A DNA stretch of 64,000 nt from the human T2T-CHM13v2.0 reference genome, Homo sapiens. Under the pieces are notes generated by a model. That model had not been told where the DNA came from, searched no databases, and saw nothing but the letters and a program-made list of their open reading frames with translations. This document shows, piece after piece, positions 1-13,550 of the stretch; position 1 is the first letter of the stretch; each line of letters starts with the position of its first letter. The DNA is taken from the NCBI RefSeq assembly GCF_009914755.1, contig NC_060926.1; one strand, 5' to 3'. The position numbers and the translations under genes are program-made.

Positions 1-499
1 AAGTAAGAGTATGTTTGATAACTGAAAATTGATATCCTTTGAAGCTGGATAAACATGCAGTTACATTTTTTACTGGACATTCAAGTTCAGAGACAGCTGC
101 GTTGCTTAATCATGGCATGTGTCTGAATAGAAGGCTGATCTAGCACAGCACAAACATGGAACAGGGGAGAAGACCTGAGATTTTCCTTGGAAACTATTGG
201 ATTTTACTCTCAAAGCAGAGGGAATATAAGAGAGTTAAGGTCTGTGCCACAAAGTGCAGCTAGGAAAACATGTAAATGGGCATTAAATACCTACCTTGGT
301 GATTTAAAAAATTTCGGAAATGGAGCCATTCAGTGTCTAACTTTGAGTAACTTCCTGGTAAAACCTCAAAAGAGAAAGTGATTGAAAAAATAGACATCAG
401 AGTATCTGGATGAGTTAACATGCTGTGTGAGACTACTCATTAAAAGCCATTTATAAGATGTCTTAATAATCTTTCTCAAGAACCAGTTTTTTAATTTTG

Positions 500-870
500 T
501 TAACTGTTTTTGTTGCTTTTACTTTCTCCATAGATTTATTATTTCCATCCTCCTTGATTCTTTGGACTTACTCTGTTGCTCTTTTTTCAAGTTGGATGCT
601 TAGTTCATTCTTTTTTTTTTTTTCAGCTTGTCTTATGCCCTGTGAAATTTCCCTTTAAACACTGTCTTAACTGTGTCCCCATCAATGTTGACATATGGTA
701 CTTCCACTGTTCTTCATTTTTAAGTATTTGGTAAGTTCCCTATAAACCCCTCACATTAAAAAATCTTTTTATTATAGAAACTTCCAAATATATACAGAAG
801 TAGAGACAGTTGTGTAATGACAGAGTGCTTCAGCAGTTGTCAGTTCATAGCCAATCCTGTTTTATTAAAC
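500..870 (-). mobile_element. Old L1 (L1M-type) fragments
   Basis: T-rich antisense L1-like text (ttactctgttgctcttttttc) and an L1ME-like 3' piece (ttttattatagaaacttccaaatatatacagaagtagagac). Judged by eye. Confidence 0.5.
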
Positions 871-1129
871 GAGATTTACTGAGACCTCAGCTAGTAAATC
901 CTCTAAGAATGGAGATACTGGAAAGGTCCTGGAAAGTGATATTTATTACATTAAAAGACCTTTGGCTTGCCTTACTCTACATAGTGACTTTGTTTTCAAA
1001 ACAAAGTCTAATTGGTCTGATAATGGAACATTATTTTAAATTTAAATTATGACTGCCATAGGCATATGATTCTCTGGCACTGTCCCCAATAAATTGTTAG
1101 CATTGTACAATTTCAATAAAGATGCTAGA

Positions 1130-1300
1130 ATCAAACACAAGGATAAAGTCTAAAGGGGCCTCATGGATTATCCATTCTATGTCCTTTTTGTAATTAAAAA
1201 ATTGGAGCTTAGAGAGCTAAATGCCTTGTTTGGGGTCCTGCCGTGAATGAGTGACAGAGCTAAGGTTGTGGTCTCCTGGGCCAAGGTCCTCTCCATTACA
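1130..1300 (-). mobile_element. MIR remnant
   Basis: aaattggagcttagagagctaaatgccttg...gtgacagagc resembles the antisense MIR core. Confidence 0.5.
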
Positions 1301-3231
1301 CCATCCCCCTCTGGGCTGTTTCTTCGTATGCAGTTTAAGATGGCCCCTAGGTTAGGCAGAACTGTGAAGTAGGAGAGTTGTGTCCCGTAGCCCCAATTTC
1401 TCCTGTCCTTATCATTTCTTGTTTCATGAAACATGAAACATGAAACTGGTGCTTCTCTGTTAGTTGTATTGCTGAGGTGTATGATGAAAAGTACAGCAAT
1501 GGGACATATACTTAATAACAAATATTTTGCTGTAAGTTGATTTATTATATTGGATCAGTACTGCTTGTTTTTCAGTGATTTCCTCACTTGGACATAATAC
1601 AAATCAGTGTTCTTGTTGTTTGTTATACATTTAGACATTTACATCAGTTTAAAAGTTAGTCTTCAACAAATATTTGTGTCCACACTTTAGTATTCCATTG
1701 TTTGAAAGATTCAGGCTTTGTCCACTCTGGTTTATAGTTACATATGCTTAAAATTTTTTCACTTTGTGGAAATGTCTGTAAAATACATTTTTGTAACATG
1801 AATCATTTCTACTGATAACCATAAATTTGCCCTTCCTGCTTTGCACTGATTGCGGCACAAGGAAGAGAAAGAGAAGGAAGCACCAGCTTTGGGAACATAG
1901 GCCTTAAGCTTGAAGCAGAGAGAATGAAAGCAGACTGTATTAGATTCCTCCTCGAGCAGAACGGAATGCCTGATAACAGCCAGCCAGGAGCTGGGGGAGT
2001 TAAGAGCAGCGATTTTACATTACACTGGAGTTTTTAGGCTGGCATGAAAAGAGATGCCAGTATTAGCTATTTGCATCTTCCTGTAGCCACAGGGATATGT
2101 GAACAGCTGGAGAATTAATTTGATATATATTCCCAGGAGCTTCTCTTCTGCCAACAGAATTCCATTACTGTGAGCTTCTGCGTGTGTACTGTGAATTTGT
2201 TTCTTGCTTTTTAATATCTGCTATAGCATATTTCTGGTAAGTGGATTGCCATATAATAGGATGCAGCCATCTCTTGGTTTGGAGTAAACTCTATTAACCT
2301 AAACAGATACAAGGTGGAAAAGGTAAGAATCTGAGCATACAAATGCCTTCCACCTTCAGGCTGGCAGAAATTTCATGTGAACACACAGTACTTTGTCCAG
2401 TACGTGCACTCATACCTGAAATGTTTTGTTTCATGTTAGTGGAATTTCACACACCAGCAAGCAGATGGAAAGATATGTTGAAGAGCATAGAGGTTGAATC
2501 CAGGACCACTCAGGCTAGTGTTGCCACAGCTCGTTCCTGTAGCTCCTTAGCACAGGGGGCTATATCTGCTGGAGCTGCTTCTTCACATATCTGGTGTTCG
2601 TTATGCCTCCACACATCTTGTAAGAGGCCTCATGCTTCATATCCTTCTCAGTGCCCACTTTCCTGCCCTCAGGATGGAAACTTCTCTCCAACTAGCCTTT
2701 GCATTGAAAATCTTTCATGTCAAATGTAGAAGGAAAGAATTTCAGGCATCACCGAGAATATTGAAAGATATTCTTAGAGGAGAAAGACTAAGTCCAGGAC
2801 AAGACTGAATGTAGCTATTGGAAGTACAGGTGTTTCCTGCCTTGGCAATATAAGTTGTTCACTCTTATAAAGCAAATAAAAAAACCTACTCATATTCTGC
2901 AAAATCATTCATTACACTAAAAATAAGAGAGCTGTTGGGAAAAAATAGGGTTGGGGAAGGTCACTCAAGACCTATGCATCTGTGTGTATAGAGGATAAAT
3001 GCAAACAATAAGAACTCAAATAAAAATACTGGCCCAGGTGAGCTGTCCCTGGCATTTATTTGCACCTGGATCTCTGGTAGCCCATGCTTTGCAGCCCTCC
3101 ACACTCCGAAGCTCATTCTGCCTCCTTTCAGGGCACGGGGTGTTGAAGATACTTACTTTTCATGTGGAACGGTGTTACCAGAATTAAACATAACATCCAG
3201 TAGTTTCTTCATCATTGTTTTTATGGGGGTT

Positions 3232-3263
3232 TTTTGTTTGTTTGTTTGTTTTGTTTTGTTTTT
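3232..3263. repeat. (TTTG)n/(TTTTG)n microsatellite
   Basis: Directly visible. Confidence 0.9.
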
Positions 3264-3428
3264 AGTACAGGGGCAAGTGTCTCCAGCCTTCTCATTTCTG
3301 CTTGCAGTTTCCCCAGATAGTTTAATACAGAGGACATTTTAACCACGAGAGCAGTCATTTCTTGCACTAAAGAAAGGAATTTAAGCAAAATTTTCAGCCT
3401 TTTCTTCAGGTCTTCCATATACTGGTAA

Positions 3429-3764
<336 letters not shown>

Positions 3765-3770
3765 AACTTT

Positions 3771-3773
<3 letters not shown>

Positions 3774-3802
<29 letters not shown>

Positions 3803-4082
3803 GAGTTGGAGTCTTGCTCTGTCACCCAGGCTGGAGTGCAGTGACATGATCTGGGCTCACTGCAAGCTCCGCCTCTGGGTTCATGACATTCTCCTGCCTC
3901 AGCCTCCCGAGAAGCTGGGACTACAGGCGCCCGCCACCACGCCAGCTAATTTTTTTGTATTTTTAGTGGAGATGGGGTTTCACCGTGTTAGCCAGGATGG
4001 TCTCGATCTCCTGACCTCGTGATCCGCCCATCTCGGCTTCCCAAAGTGCTGAGATTACAAGCGTGAGCCACCGCGCCCGGCC
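3774..4082 (-). mobile_element. AluY, antisense, with 15-bp TSD
   Basis: AluY diagnostics (caccgtgttagccaggatggtctcgatc; tgcaagctccgcc), long poly-T. TSD acttttgattttttt at 3766-3780 and 4084-4098. Confidence 0.97.
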
Positions 4083-4310
4083 CACTTTTGATTTTTTTAG
4101 AACATTAATGTGCTGGGAAAAATCACATGAGAACCAGCAGAACCGCTGTATTATACTGACACCATTTTCCTATTTACCAGTTACATATTGGCTAAATCAC
4201 ATTAAAGAAACATTCATTTTTATGGTTCCACGGTAACTGTTAGAAGAGGTACCCAGCATTCTTTTGTTATTCCTTGGCCTAGGTGTACCTGCAGGACATG
4301 CTCTTTAGAA

Positions 4311-4765
4311 CAGCAGTTCTCAAAGTGTGGGCTACAGACCGCTTAGAAGCCTGAAGCCCTTTTTGGGTGGTAAATCAGGTCAAAACTAATTCCATAATCC
4401 TATTAACATTTTATTTGCTTTTTTTTCTTTTTCCACTTTGCACTAATGGTGCAAAAAAAAAAAAAAATGGTACATAAAACTCCTGATACTTTAGTATGAA
4501 TAGAGGTTGTGGCACCAAATTGTGCTAGTAAGTTACTGTATTCACCGTGTACTTTCAGTAAAGCAAAATGGTAAGGAATTAAAATAATAAAATAAAAATT
4601 AGTTTCCTTGAATGCCCTTGATCGAAGCAATACAAATTATTAAGTTTATTACATTTCAGCCCTCAATTATACATCTTATTAATGTTCTGTGGGATGAAAT
4701 GGGAAATACACATAAAGTAATTCTGCTGCATACTGAAGTACAGAGCTTGTCATGAGAAAAAGTGT
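4311..4765. mobile_element. hAT-Charlie (Charlie1-like) DNA transposon fragment
   Basis: Starts cagcagttctcaaagtgtgg (Charlie/MER5 terminal motif). Internal ttctgctgcatactgaagtac resembles the Charlie1 transposase remnant. Confidence 0.6.
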
Positions 4766-6024
4766 TATATTTCAAGATGTCTTCTGAACATCCAAGTGGA
4801 AGTGTTGGTTTAGCAGTTTAATATACCTGGCACTTCACTGTAGTACTCAATATTGGACATATTTGAACATATATGAATTTGAATATATTTATGAAATTAG
4901 GTTTCTCTCTTTTATACTTAGAGAAAGTAACTTATGTAATATCCTAATTTGGTATCTTGCAGAAATTATAAACTTAAAAATACATTTGCAGAGGTACCTC
5001 AGTTGTCTTCACCTTTCAGGCTAGGAGACTACATCTTGTCACATTTAGGGTACCAGGAAAAAACCTACTTCATATAGTTAAAAACCAGTACCTCTGTTTT
5101 TAACTTTTTTTTTTTCCTGACCAGTCCAAGGAGAAACCAGGAGCTATGTTAGAGAATCAGAACCTTGATTCTTGTGCTGTGTATGTGGATTTACTTAGGA
5201 AAAGAGAGATTTTAAAACATAATTTGCCAACTGCTGTTAGCAGAACTCTTGGGCTCAGATTTGATTTCCATAATCCAACCTCATTACATTTTTGCTTTCA
5301 GTCCTTGTTGATTTTGTTAAATTATTTTAAAATATAGTGTTCTGTAATTGAATACCAGAAAAGCATTTGTCTCAGTAGCATGTTGTACTTGATCCTATGA
5401 AGCGGTGGTTGCTAGGGAAACCATTTCCCAAGAAGAAAAACAAAGTATTGATTAGGAGCGGGCAGAGAATTGAAAGAGTTTACTCTCAAAAAAAAGAAAA
5501 TAAAAGTGTCTACGATGTTGTTAGCTTTAGAGTCAGTGATGCTTCCTGGCTGAACATAGTGGCAGCAATGTTTCTGAGGGGAATGGTCACCTTTACCTGA
5601 GCATCTTCAGGTGAGTCTGCTGCTGCTGCCAGGAAACTTCTGCTGAGAAAGCAGCAGAAAACAGCAAGGGGCCAGCGGCCTCATCAAAGGCCTTTTAGCT
5701 GTGATTCCAGATTTGAGGGAAATGGTCTTCCTGTGGGGAGGCAGAGAAAAGCATCTGGCAGTGAAAACCAATTAGCTGTGAGATGGGCTGCTTGGAAGGA
5801 CTGTTGATGCCAGCCAGGTGATAAGAAGTTGAAGTCTTAGAGCTGAACGGGGGGAAGAGAGTAATGATAGATGATGCCTAGTGAGAAATGTGCCCAGTAT
5901 TCCAAGCATTTCTTTGAAATGTGTGCCTCATACAGTGCTGTAATGATAAGCTTTTAAAATAGGATTTGTATTGTTTAAACATGTTCTTTATATTATCTTG
6001 AAACATAGTTTTCCTTGTGATGTT

Positions 6025-6190
6025 TTGTATATATGTGTGTGTATATATGTATACACACACACATTTTTTAATTAGACACTTTTTTTGTTAAAGACACAAC
6101 TGCATTGACCATACCAGTGACATATATGTGTGTCTATATACACATATATGTATAATACATATATATACATGTGTGTATATATGCATATGT
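6025..6190. repeat. (TA)/(TG)/(CA) low-complexity alternating purine-pyrimidine tract
   Basis: Directly visible, includes short imperfect palindromes. Confidence 0.85.
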
Positions 6191-6234
6191 GAGGCTTCTT
6201 TGTCTACCGGGGAATTATGGCTTACATAAAACCA

Positions 6235-6760
6235 CTATGGTAGGGGACAACAGGTCTGTGCAGATGTTTGCGGGAGCATAGAGGATGGAGCAGCTTATTC
6301 TCCTGGGGCAGGTAGAGAAGGCTTCTCAAAAGAGGTAACATCTGAGCTAGGTTTTGAAGGATGAGCAGGAGATAGCAGAGGAAGAAGGGAAGGAGGTATT
6401 CCAGGTGGACGACACTCCCGAGTAAAGCATGGGAGCAGTTCCTGCGTGTTTCTGGTAAGAGCCTCAAGTGTGCCTAGAGCATTAGGATGTGAGAACGACT
6501 GGTGAAAAATGAGTCTGCAGAAGTAGCTACAAGCCATGCCATGAAGAAGCTGATATTCAGCAGTAAGAAGCTGGGACATTTTCTTATTGCCAAGAGAGAA
6601 TTACTGGGCAGGTTTGTTTTTTGAGGAAGATGGATCTGGGGACATTGTGGGGAATGAGGTGGAGAGACAAGAGAATAGTGGCAGGGAGCCAGGTTAGAAG
6701 ACATTGTGGTAATTCAGGAGAGTGGTGTCTTCAGGGAGTTCCAGTTAGAATGGTGGGAAG
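6235..6760 (-). mobile_element. L2 fragment
   Basis: ggcttctcaaaagaggtaacatctgagctaggttttgaaggatgag is typical antisense L2 3'-region text. Confidence 0.65.
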
Positions 6761-7665
6761 GGATGTTTACTGTGGAAAAAATTCTGCAATAGGATCAACT
6801 CAATAACTGCACATATTTATAAGAACAGTAATAAAGATTTCCTCTTAAAACTGTGAAGGAAAGGAGGACAAATATACATGGCTTCCAGTAGTTCAAATGT
6901 TACTTGAATTTCTTACAAGTTTTTTTTAATTCCTAGGGCTAAACTGCCTTTCAGTTATAAATTTGCATATGTAGTCACAAAAATTCCTTCATGGCAAATC
7001 TGACTGAACTGTAGTAAAATGCTAGTACTACTGGCATGTTAACAGTTAAACAGATAAGAAATCACTTGGATGCACATTTTGTTATAACTGAAGACAAATA
7101 TCACCTTCTTTTCTATGTTGAATTTTTTCAATATGGTGTTTTTCTTCTTTTTCTGATTTTCCTTTCAGAGTACTTTACTAATTTCATTGTTGTCTTGAAG
7201 ATAGGAATGTACCTTTATGTGTCTATGTTATATTTGTGTGTGTGTGTATGTTGCTTCTCTCTGTCTATATATATAAAACATATATATATATCTTATATAT
7301 GTATGTTGTTTCTCAGAACCAAATTTAGGCTAAATAGGAGAACAGATTTTAAATAAAACATAAATTGTGTGTCGGTATAAACTTCAAATCTGAAAGATAA
7401 TCATTTTACTAAAAGCTGAGGCTTTGATCAAATAAGTGAGCCTGATCTCCTGAAATCTAAAACAAGAGATTTTCTATTCTCCCTTTTCAAAGGACCGCCC
7501 TGAAGCTCTTTATGTAGTAGATGACATTCTTGTAACGACCTCTTGATGAGAAAATTATTTATTTCAGTCAGGAAGAGCAGACTTTTACTTCACTTACGTA
7601 CTGAGCAATGATGCCAGCAATAAAAGCTTACCCTATAAAAATAAGAGCCATTTGTTTGTACTGTC

Positions 7666-7956
7666 TTTTTTTTTTTTTTTTTTTTTTGAGGCGGAGTTTC
7701 ACTTTGTTGCCCAGGCTGGAGTGCAGTGGCATGATCTTGGCTGACGACAACCTCTGCTTCTCTGTTTCAAACAATTATCCCCCTTCAGCCTCCTGAGTAA
7801 CTGGGACCACAGGCATGCGCCACCATGTCCAGCTAATTTTTGTATTTTTAATGGAGATGGGGTTTCACCATGTTGGCCAGGCTGATGGCCAGGTGATCTG
7901 CCTGTCTTGGCCTCCCAAAACGCTGGGATTACAGGCATGAGCCACCACTCCCAGCC
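7666..7956 (-). mobile_element. AluS, antisense, with small internal rearrangement
   Basis: Poly-T tail and Alu consensus. ggtctcgaactcctgacctc is replaced by a short repeat at about 7874-7893. Confidence 0.96.
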
Positions 7957-8594
7957 AAAAACAGATTTTTAAGATGGCATTTATACCTGCCTTAGTTTGA
8001 GCAAGAGGTTTAAGGTTTCTTAAATTCAGGTACTTTAAAAAATTCTCTTCAGATATGCTTATCAGAAACATGTTTACTATGTAACAGTCAGTTCCCATTT
8101 CAGGTGGGTAAAGTATCTGTTAAAGATAATGTTAAGTGTGAAAAAACCCCATATAATGGCCCAAGGATTCACAGAGAGAAATAGTCTAATTTCCTATGAG
8201 GAATATTATGAAGAATTGAGCCTGCATATGATTCTGTCATATTCATTGCATTTTTTGGAGCTGAGTCCCATGATAGCTCTTTTTAAAATCGACCTTATTT
8301 ATTGTGACCTGCTCCATTCCATGATCAGAACCTGATTTGGTCTCAGCCTTTGTATTCAGTTACCTCAGCCTGTCACTAAGCTGCACCACTTTAGTTTTTT
8401 TGTTGTTTCTGGCTTTGGGTTGGCAGTGATGGATACTATCAGTCTCCCCAAACGCATTAGAGGGGATCCCCTCCATTGTAACTCTTTTGGTGGTGTCTGA
8501 TTTTTGATGTTGATTATTAGCTGCCTTAATGTAGTAAGTTGAAGAGCTGTTTTAAACCTGAAGTTGGTCTCTATCAATAGAGTAAAAAATTAGC

Positions 8595-8864
8595 TTTTTA
8601 AAGAGAGTCTCACCCTGTTTCCCAGACCGGAATGCAGTGGCGTGATCAACCTCGTGGGCTCAAGTGATCCTCCCACCTCAAACTCCTGAGTGCTGGGACC
8701 ACAGGCATGCACAACCATTCCCAGCTAATTTTTTGTTTTGTTTTTGTAGAGACTGGGTCTCACTGTGTTGCCCAGGCTGGTCATGAACTCCTGGGCTCAA
8801 GTAATCCCCGTGCCTTGGTCTCTGAAAGTGTTGGGATTACAGGCATGAGCCACTGTGCCTGGCC
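8595..8864 (-). mobile_element. AluJ, antisense, partly deleted
   Basis: ctcctgggctcaag (J-type), ends gtgcctggcc. Lies about 400 bp upstream of exon 2. Confidence 0.93.
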
Positions 8865-9268
8865 AAAAAAGAGCTCTTTAAAAAATAATTTTGTAGATTG
8901 ACAAATGTGACTCTTGTAATTTTATTGAACATGAAAAAACCCAGGAATCTTTATTTGATATTAAACATTTTTAAAGGCATCTCAGTTGTTGTTGTAATAA
9001 CACATTAAGAGAAGTAGTGGTTTTTTATTTCCAACCTTTGTGCATATAGCTATTTAATGCCTACATGGATGGCTATTATTTCACTTTTTTCAGTTATTAT
9101 GAAGAGATTGGGTTTCATTCATTTGTAAAGTTTCAGCCAGACTGCCTTTCACAAATTGATTTGTCAAAATTGAATGTTAATCTTGACATCCCAGTGCGTT
9201 TTTGCCCGCGAACAGGCCTTTGAATGAAGCTGCAAACACACATTATCTGGTTGTTAATTGTTTTACAG

Positions 9269-9442
9269 ATGAGAACTGGACTGATGACCAACTGCTTGGT
9301 TTTAAACCATGCAATGAAAACCTTATTGCTGGCTGCAATATAATCAATGGGAAATGTGAATGTAACACCATTCGAACCTGCAGCAATCCCTTTGAGTTTC
9401 CAAGTCAGGATATGTGCCTTTCAGCTTTAAAGAGAATTGAAG
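9269..9442 (+). CDS. CRIM1: CRIM1 internal coding exon (exon 2), 174 nt, phase 1-1
   Basis: Acceptor ttttacag|AT at 9268/9269 and donor AAG|gtaagc at 9442/9443. Translates (D)ENWTDDQLLGFKPCNENLIAGCNIINGKCECNTIRTCSNPFEFPSQDMCLSALKRIE, recognised as the CRIM1 segment after the IGFBP domain. Joins in frame to the next exon. Exon number is from memory. Confidence 0.97.
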
Positions 9443-11599
9443 GTAAGCATTAATTTTTGTTAACCATCCAGTCGTAAGCCTTAGCATTATGTAACCCTGA
9501 GTAGTAATAGTATTTGAGCTTGAAAAGGCAAAGACAAGTTTACAGAGAGTGGTAGTTTGTATAATCCCAACTAAGATGCATAAAGTTTACCAGGTGCTTA
9601 TGTGGTGGGTGTGTTTCCGAGACGCTATGGAATGGCGGTGCTGTGGTGGTGTGAGCAGGGCCCTCTGTGCCAGCCCTCCTAGGCCACCTCTGCATAATGG
9701 ATGATTTCACAAGCGGTGTGCTTGAGATCAGCATCTGTTGTCACCAGGTCCATTCTGTTTGATTTACCGTAGGATGGTGCTCCATGAGGAGTCTGCTAAT
9801 TAGAAATGCGGCTCATCTGGCATGAAAGAGTTATCTCTTTAGCAGAAATGGGAGAATTATGCAGTGATGATTGAAGGCTTAGGTTGGTTTTGCTGGAGGG
9901 CAGGAATCACATAGGGCGTGGAGGGATCATTAGGCTCTTCACCTCTGGAGATAAGTCAGAAATTGCATTCAAGTAACAAGAAAATTATACTGATATGGCT
10001 CATAACTTTTGTACATTCATACATACAACCAAGAAAAAACTTCAAGAAATTGAATATATGACTCATCACCACAGTAATCTTGAGTGAAGTACCCAGAGCT
10101 TGGTGCCATGGCTCATAGCCAAAAGGGGTAAAGCCTGGGTTTGGGTCTCAGCTCTGCCGCTAACCAGCATTAAACTCTCGTAGCCCCAGTTTCTTCTTGA
10201 GGGAAAAAAGTACTGAAAGAGGCATTCTTAAATATACCTCTTATCTCTAAAATGATGTCGTTGTAAGATGGAGTGATTGGTAATATAATACCAAGGATTC
10301 TTAAAGTCCAAAAATCAAGCTTATAAGGGCAGTAAAGCAGGACTGAAGTTTTGGAAATGTACTTAGTTTCCAAGTTATATTAAATGGTAAGGAAGAAGAA
10401 ATTTGCAGTAGCCTACAAAATAACATTTCTCTTTGTATTTACCAGTGCTCCTGAATCATTAGAAAAGAATAGAGTAGAAAACAATAGAAATAACATTTGC
10501 GAATTGCAGAGGATCCTAGAGAACATTTAGTCCAGTCCTTGAACTTGAACACTGGGAAACTGAGTTTCCACGCATTTGATGAGTATCAGTGCTAGTACTA
10601 ATCACACCAAGTATTCTTCCTGTCACATCATGACTTAAACAATGCCATGGGTTACCTAACTCATTTCTGTTGTTCGGTTGCCCTTTGCTCCCCACACCCA
10701 TTGCCTGCCACAAAAGGGTATTTTGCCAACTTCAGTATGTAAACATTTAGGGATATAGATGACGTGATCACATGTCTGTTTACATAGTTAATAATTTACG
10801 CATACACATTTAAACTTACTCATATAAAGTCATACACAATTTAGAATCATTACTTTTTGCTATTCTTACATTTCAGGAAGCTGTCCTAAATGGTGAGTGC
10901 GTCACCATTGCTGTCATTGTCTCTACTCAGGCCCCCTTCCAGGTCATTTAATCCCCTGCTCCTGAACATGCCCTCTTCACTGCCACCTAAGTTGTTTGAG
11001 ATGCAGCAGATTTTGAATCTAAGGATGATGCTATCCCAGGAAGTTTTGTCCCAAAACCCAGTGTCTCGTCACATAAAATTAGGACAATTGCATTTGTAAT
11101 TAGTTAGGCGTGTATTTATGATCTTTGCAATGTGGAGATTGACATGTGGAGATTAACTTTATTGATTTTTAAAGTGATTCTAAAAAGGCTGTTTGTGAGA
11201 TCCAGCATTTCCAATTTTGAGATCATTCCCACAGGAATAATTACCGTATCTGATTGAATTTCTTTACTTGTTATTTTCCAACTTATTATTTCAGATGGCT
11301 TCTATGTAATCCAAATGTGGAATTAGTTGAGGTCATTTAAGGTTAATGTATCTTCTACAAACAGTGCTTTGTTATTCAAAATAAAGTACCAGGCAGTATG
11401 TGAGATCTTGTAAGAAGTCAGGATTAGGGGATTTCCCTTTTCTGAGAAGGAATTTTGAAGGAAAAAGCATACTTATATTCAGGTATATATTGTATATGAA
11501 AGAATTAGTGATGAAATCATACTTAATAAATAGTCACGTCGTTAATAGTGACAGAGACTTGGAATGCTATAGGACCTCAATGCCAAGAAAGTATGATTT

Positions 11600-13550
11600 G
11601 GAATTGTGTGATAAGGTATCATGGAGGGTAGACTGAACGATTTAGAATAGTGATGATGATAGATTTCAGAAGTGAGGCCAACATGGACGAAAGAAGAAAA
11701 TGTGGAAGTGGGAATCTGCATGACTTACATGGAATACACTTGGGAAACTGGTCTGAAAGAGCAGAGTTTTATGTTGGTGGACAATAGGAAATAAAGATTG
11801 GAGGGAGGATAGGACCAGATTATGAAATGTCTTAAACATTGTGCAACAAGCTTAAGCCGGGTAATATGAGCAATCAGAAATCATTATAGGTTTATGAACA
11901 GACAGAATCAGAAAGAAGATGGTGAAGTCAACATTAGGCAGACTTTGGTTGTGGTGGAATGCAAACTGGATTAGCAGAGGGAGATAATGGCAGTCAAGAG
12001 GCTCGTTGGAGAGCTTTTCAGCTGTTTAGATGTGTTACCACAAGAAACTGGACTAGAGTGGCAGCAGGAAAACAGCAAAGAAGAGATGGATATGCACCAT
12101 TTTGATGGAAGAACCTACGGTATCTGCTAGCAGGAAAGGGAAGGATGAAAATTACACAAAGATGATTCTAGGGTTTCTAACCTGAAATAGAATGATAGTG
12201 CAAGTAATAGAAGTAGGAAGACTTTTGAGGAGTCTCGTGATAAAATGGTACTGAAAATAGGGGTAATTATTTTAGGGCAATGTAGAGGTCAAGAAGAGCT
12301 TAAGAAAATATAGGAGATACTACAGCATGTTTGGATCATGACCGGAATGATTTAGTAAGAAGGAAAAGCCAATAATGTAAGAAAGGCGATTGCAGGAGCA
12401 AAGACTTTAAGGAATAAAAAGGACAAAATTGTTTGTTTCTCAGGGAAGTATAAAAGAAGGTCATCATCTGACATTGAGATGGAAGAAAGGGTGTGGAAAA
12501 TCAAAGAGAAAGAGGAAAATGTAAACAGACATCTTTAAAGGAGAGGACAAATGAATTAACTAGGGAAATGTAGTAGGGTCACCTACTGGTGCTGACAGCT
12601 TACTTGAGGTTAGTGGTTATGCCTTTGAAAAGAGGCTGGCCAGCACAGTTGCGTGATTTTCTCTAGTTCTTATGTAGGTGTGCAGTTTAGGTAGAGAGGT
12701 AGCCGGTTGGGTATTTTCTTGACCATTCTGGTAGAAAGAGAGAGAGGGAGTCATGGGGATTGATGATTATATAAGAGAACTTTATGGTGATTGACCATTT
12801 AATCTACACTGAGAAGGAGACAAAATCAGGGAGTCAGTGATATGGAGAGTAGAGGGGAGGTTCTAGTGGGATTGAAGAATTAATGGAGTGAGATAGCTAA
12901 GGAAGCAAGTAGAAATGAATACTTGAAGAGAAAGTTATTATTGGTTGTAATGAGGGTTAGAAATTACTATGGATGATGTAGTTGATTGAAGAGGGGTGAA
13001 GAACAACATCACTGGGGGTGGGAGGTCAGATAGGTGAGTCAGGATGGAGTGCCTCTACCAATGATGAAGATGCCAAGGAATAGTAGCAGGGAAGAGACAT
13101 GGAGCCAGAGGTTCTGCAGGTAAATGCCACACCTCCGTGTGGCTGGTGATAACCTAATTGCTTATGCTTCAAGTGGAGAAAGTTTTATTTTTTAAAGGGG
13201 AAAAGGAAGAATGATCTTTAAGTAGCAGTGAGAACAAAGAGGATACCTATGCCCCTTCCAGGATTTATGGAATGTGGGAGATAAAGCCATTCCCATTTGA
13301 GAAGACTTCAAGGGAAAAAGAGTAATCAGGTACTACCTAGGTTTCAATTTACACAAGAAGGTGAAGGGAACATCCAGATGGAAGAATGAGGGCAGAAAGA
13401 ATTTTGTTGATAAGCTCTAGAAGGCACAGAATGGGATTTGGGAGGGAGGCTTGTACAGGGCATGGGTGATTTTGCAAAGCCAGGAGGGGTTAAGAGTGCA
13501 GTGATGATGGATGACCTGGCGAATTTAGACTTGCTCTCGAATCTCTTACA
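11600..13550 (-). mobile_element. Long degraded L2
   Basis: Strongly purine-rich tract with L2-like motifs (aagatgattctagggtttctaacctg; gtggcagcagg...aagagatggat). Boundaries rough. Confidence 0.5.

Noticed and set aside
1420-1445. 14-bp palindrome tgtttcatgaaaca with (catgaaa)3
   Set aside because: Too short, and explained by slippage.
6025-6190. Palindromes in the TA/CA tract as a functional hairpin
   Set aside because: Low-complexity alternating sequence is self-complementary by nature.
9269-9343. ATG at the first base of exon 2 as the gene start
   Set aside because: It is out of the CRIM1 frame and closes after 24 codons. The exon has a proper acceptor, and the signal-peptide exon must lie upstream of the window.
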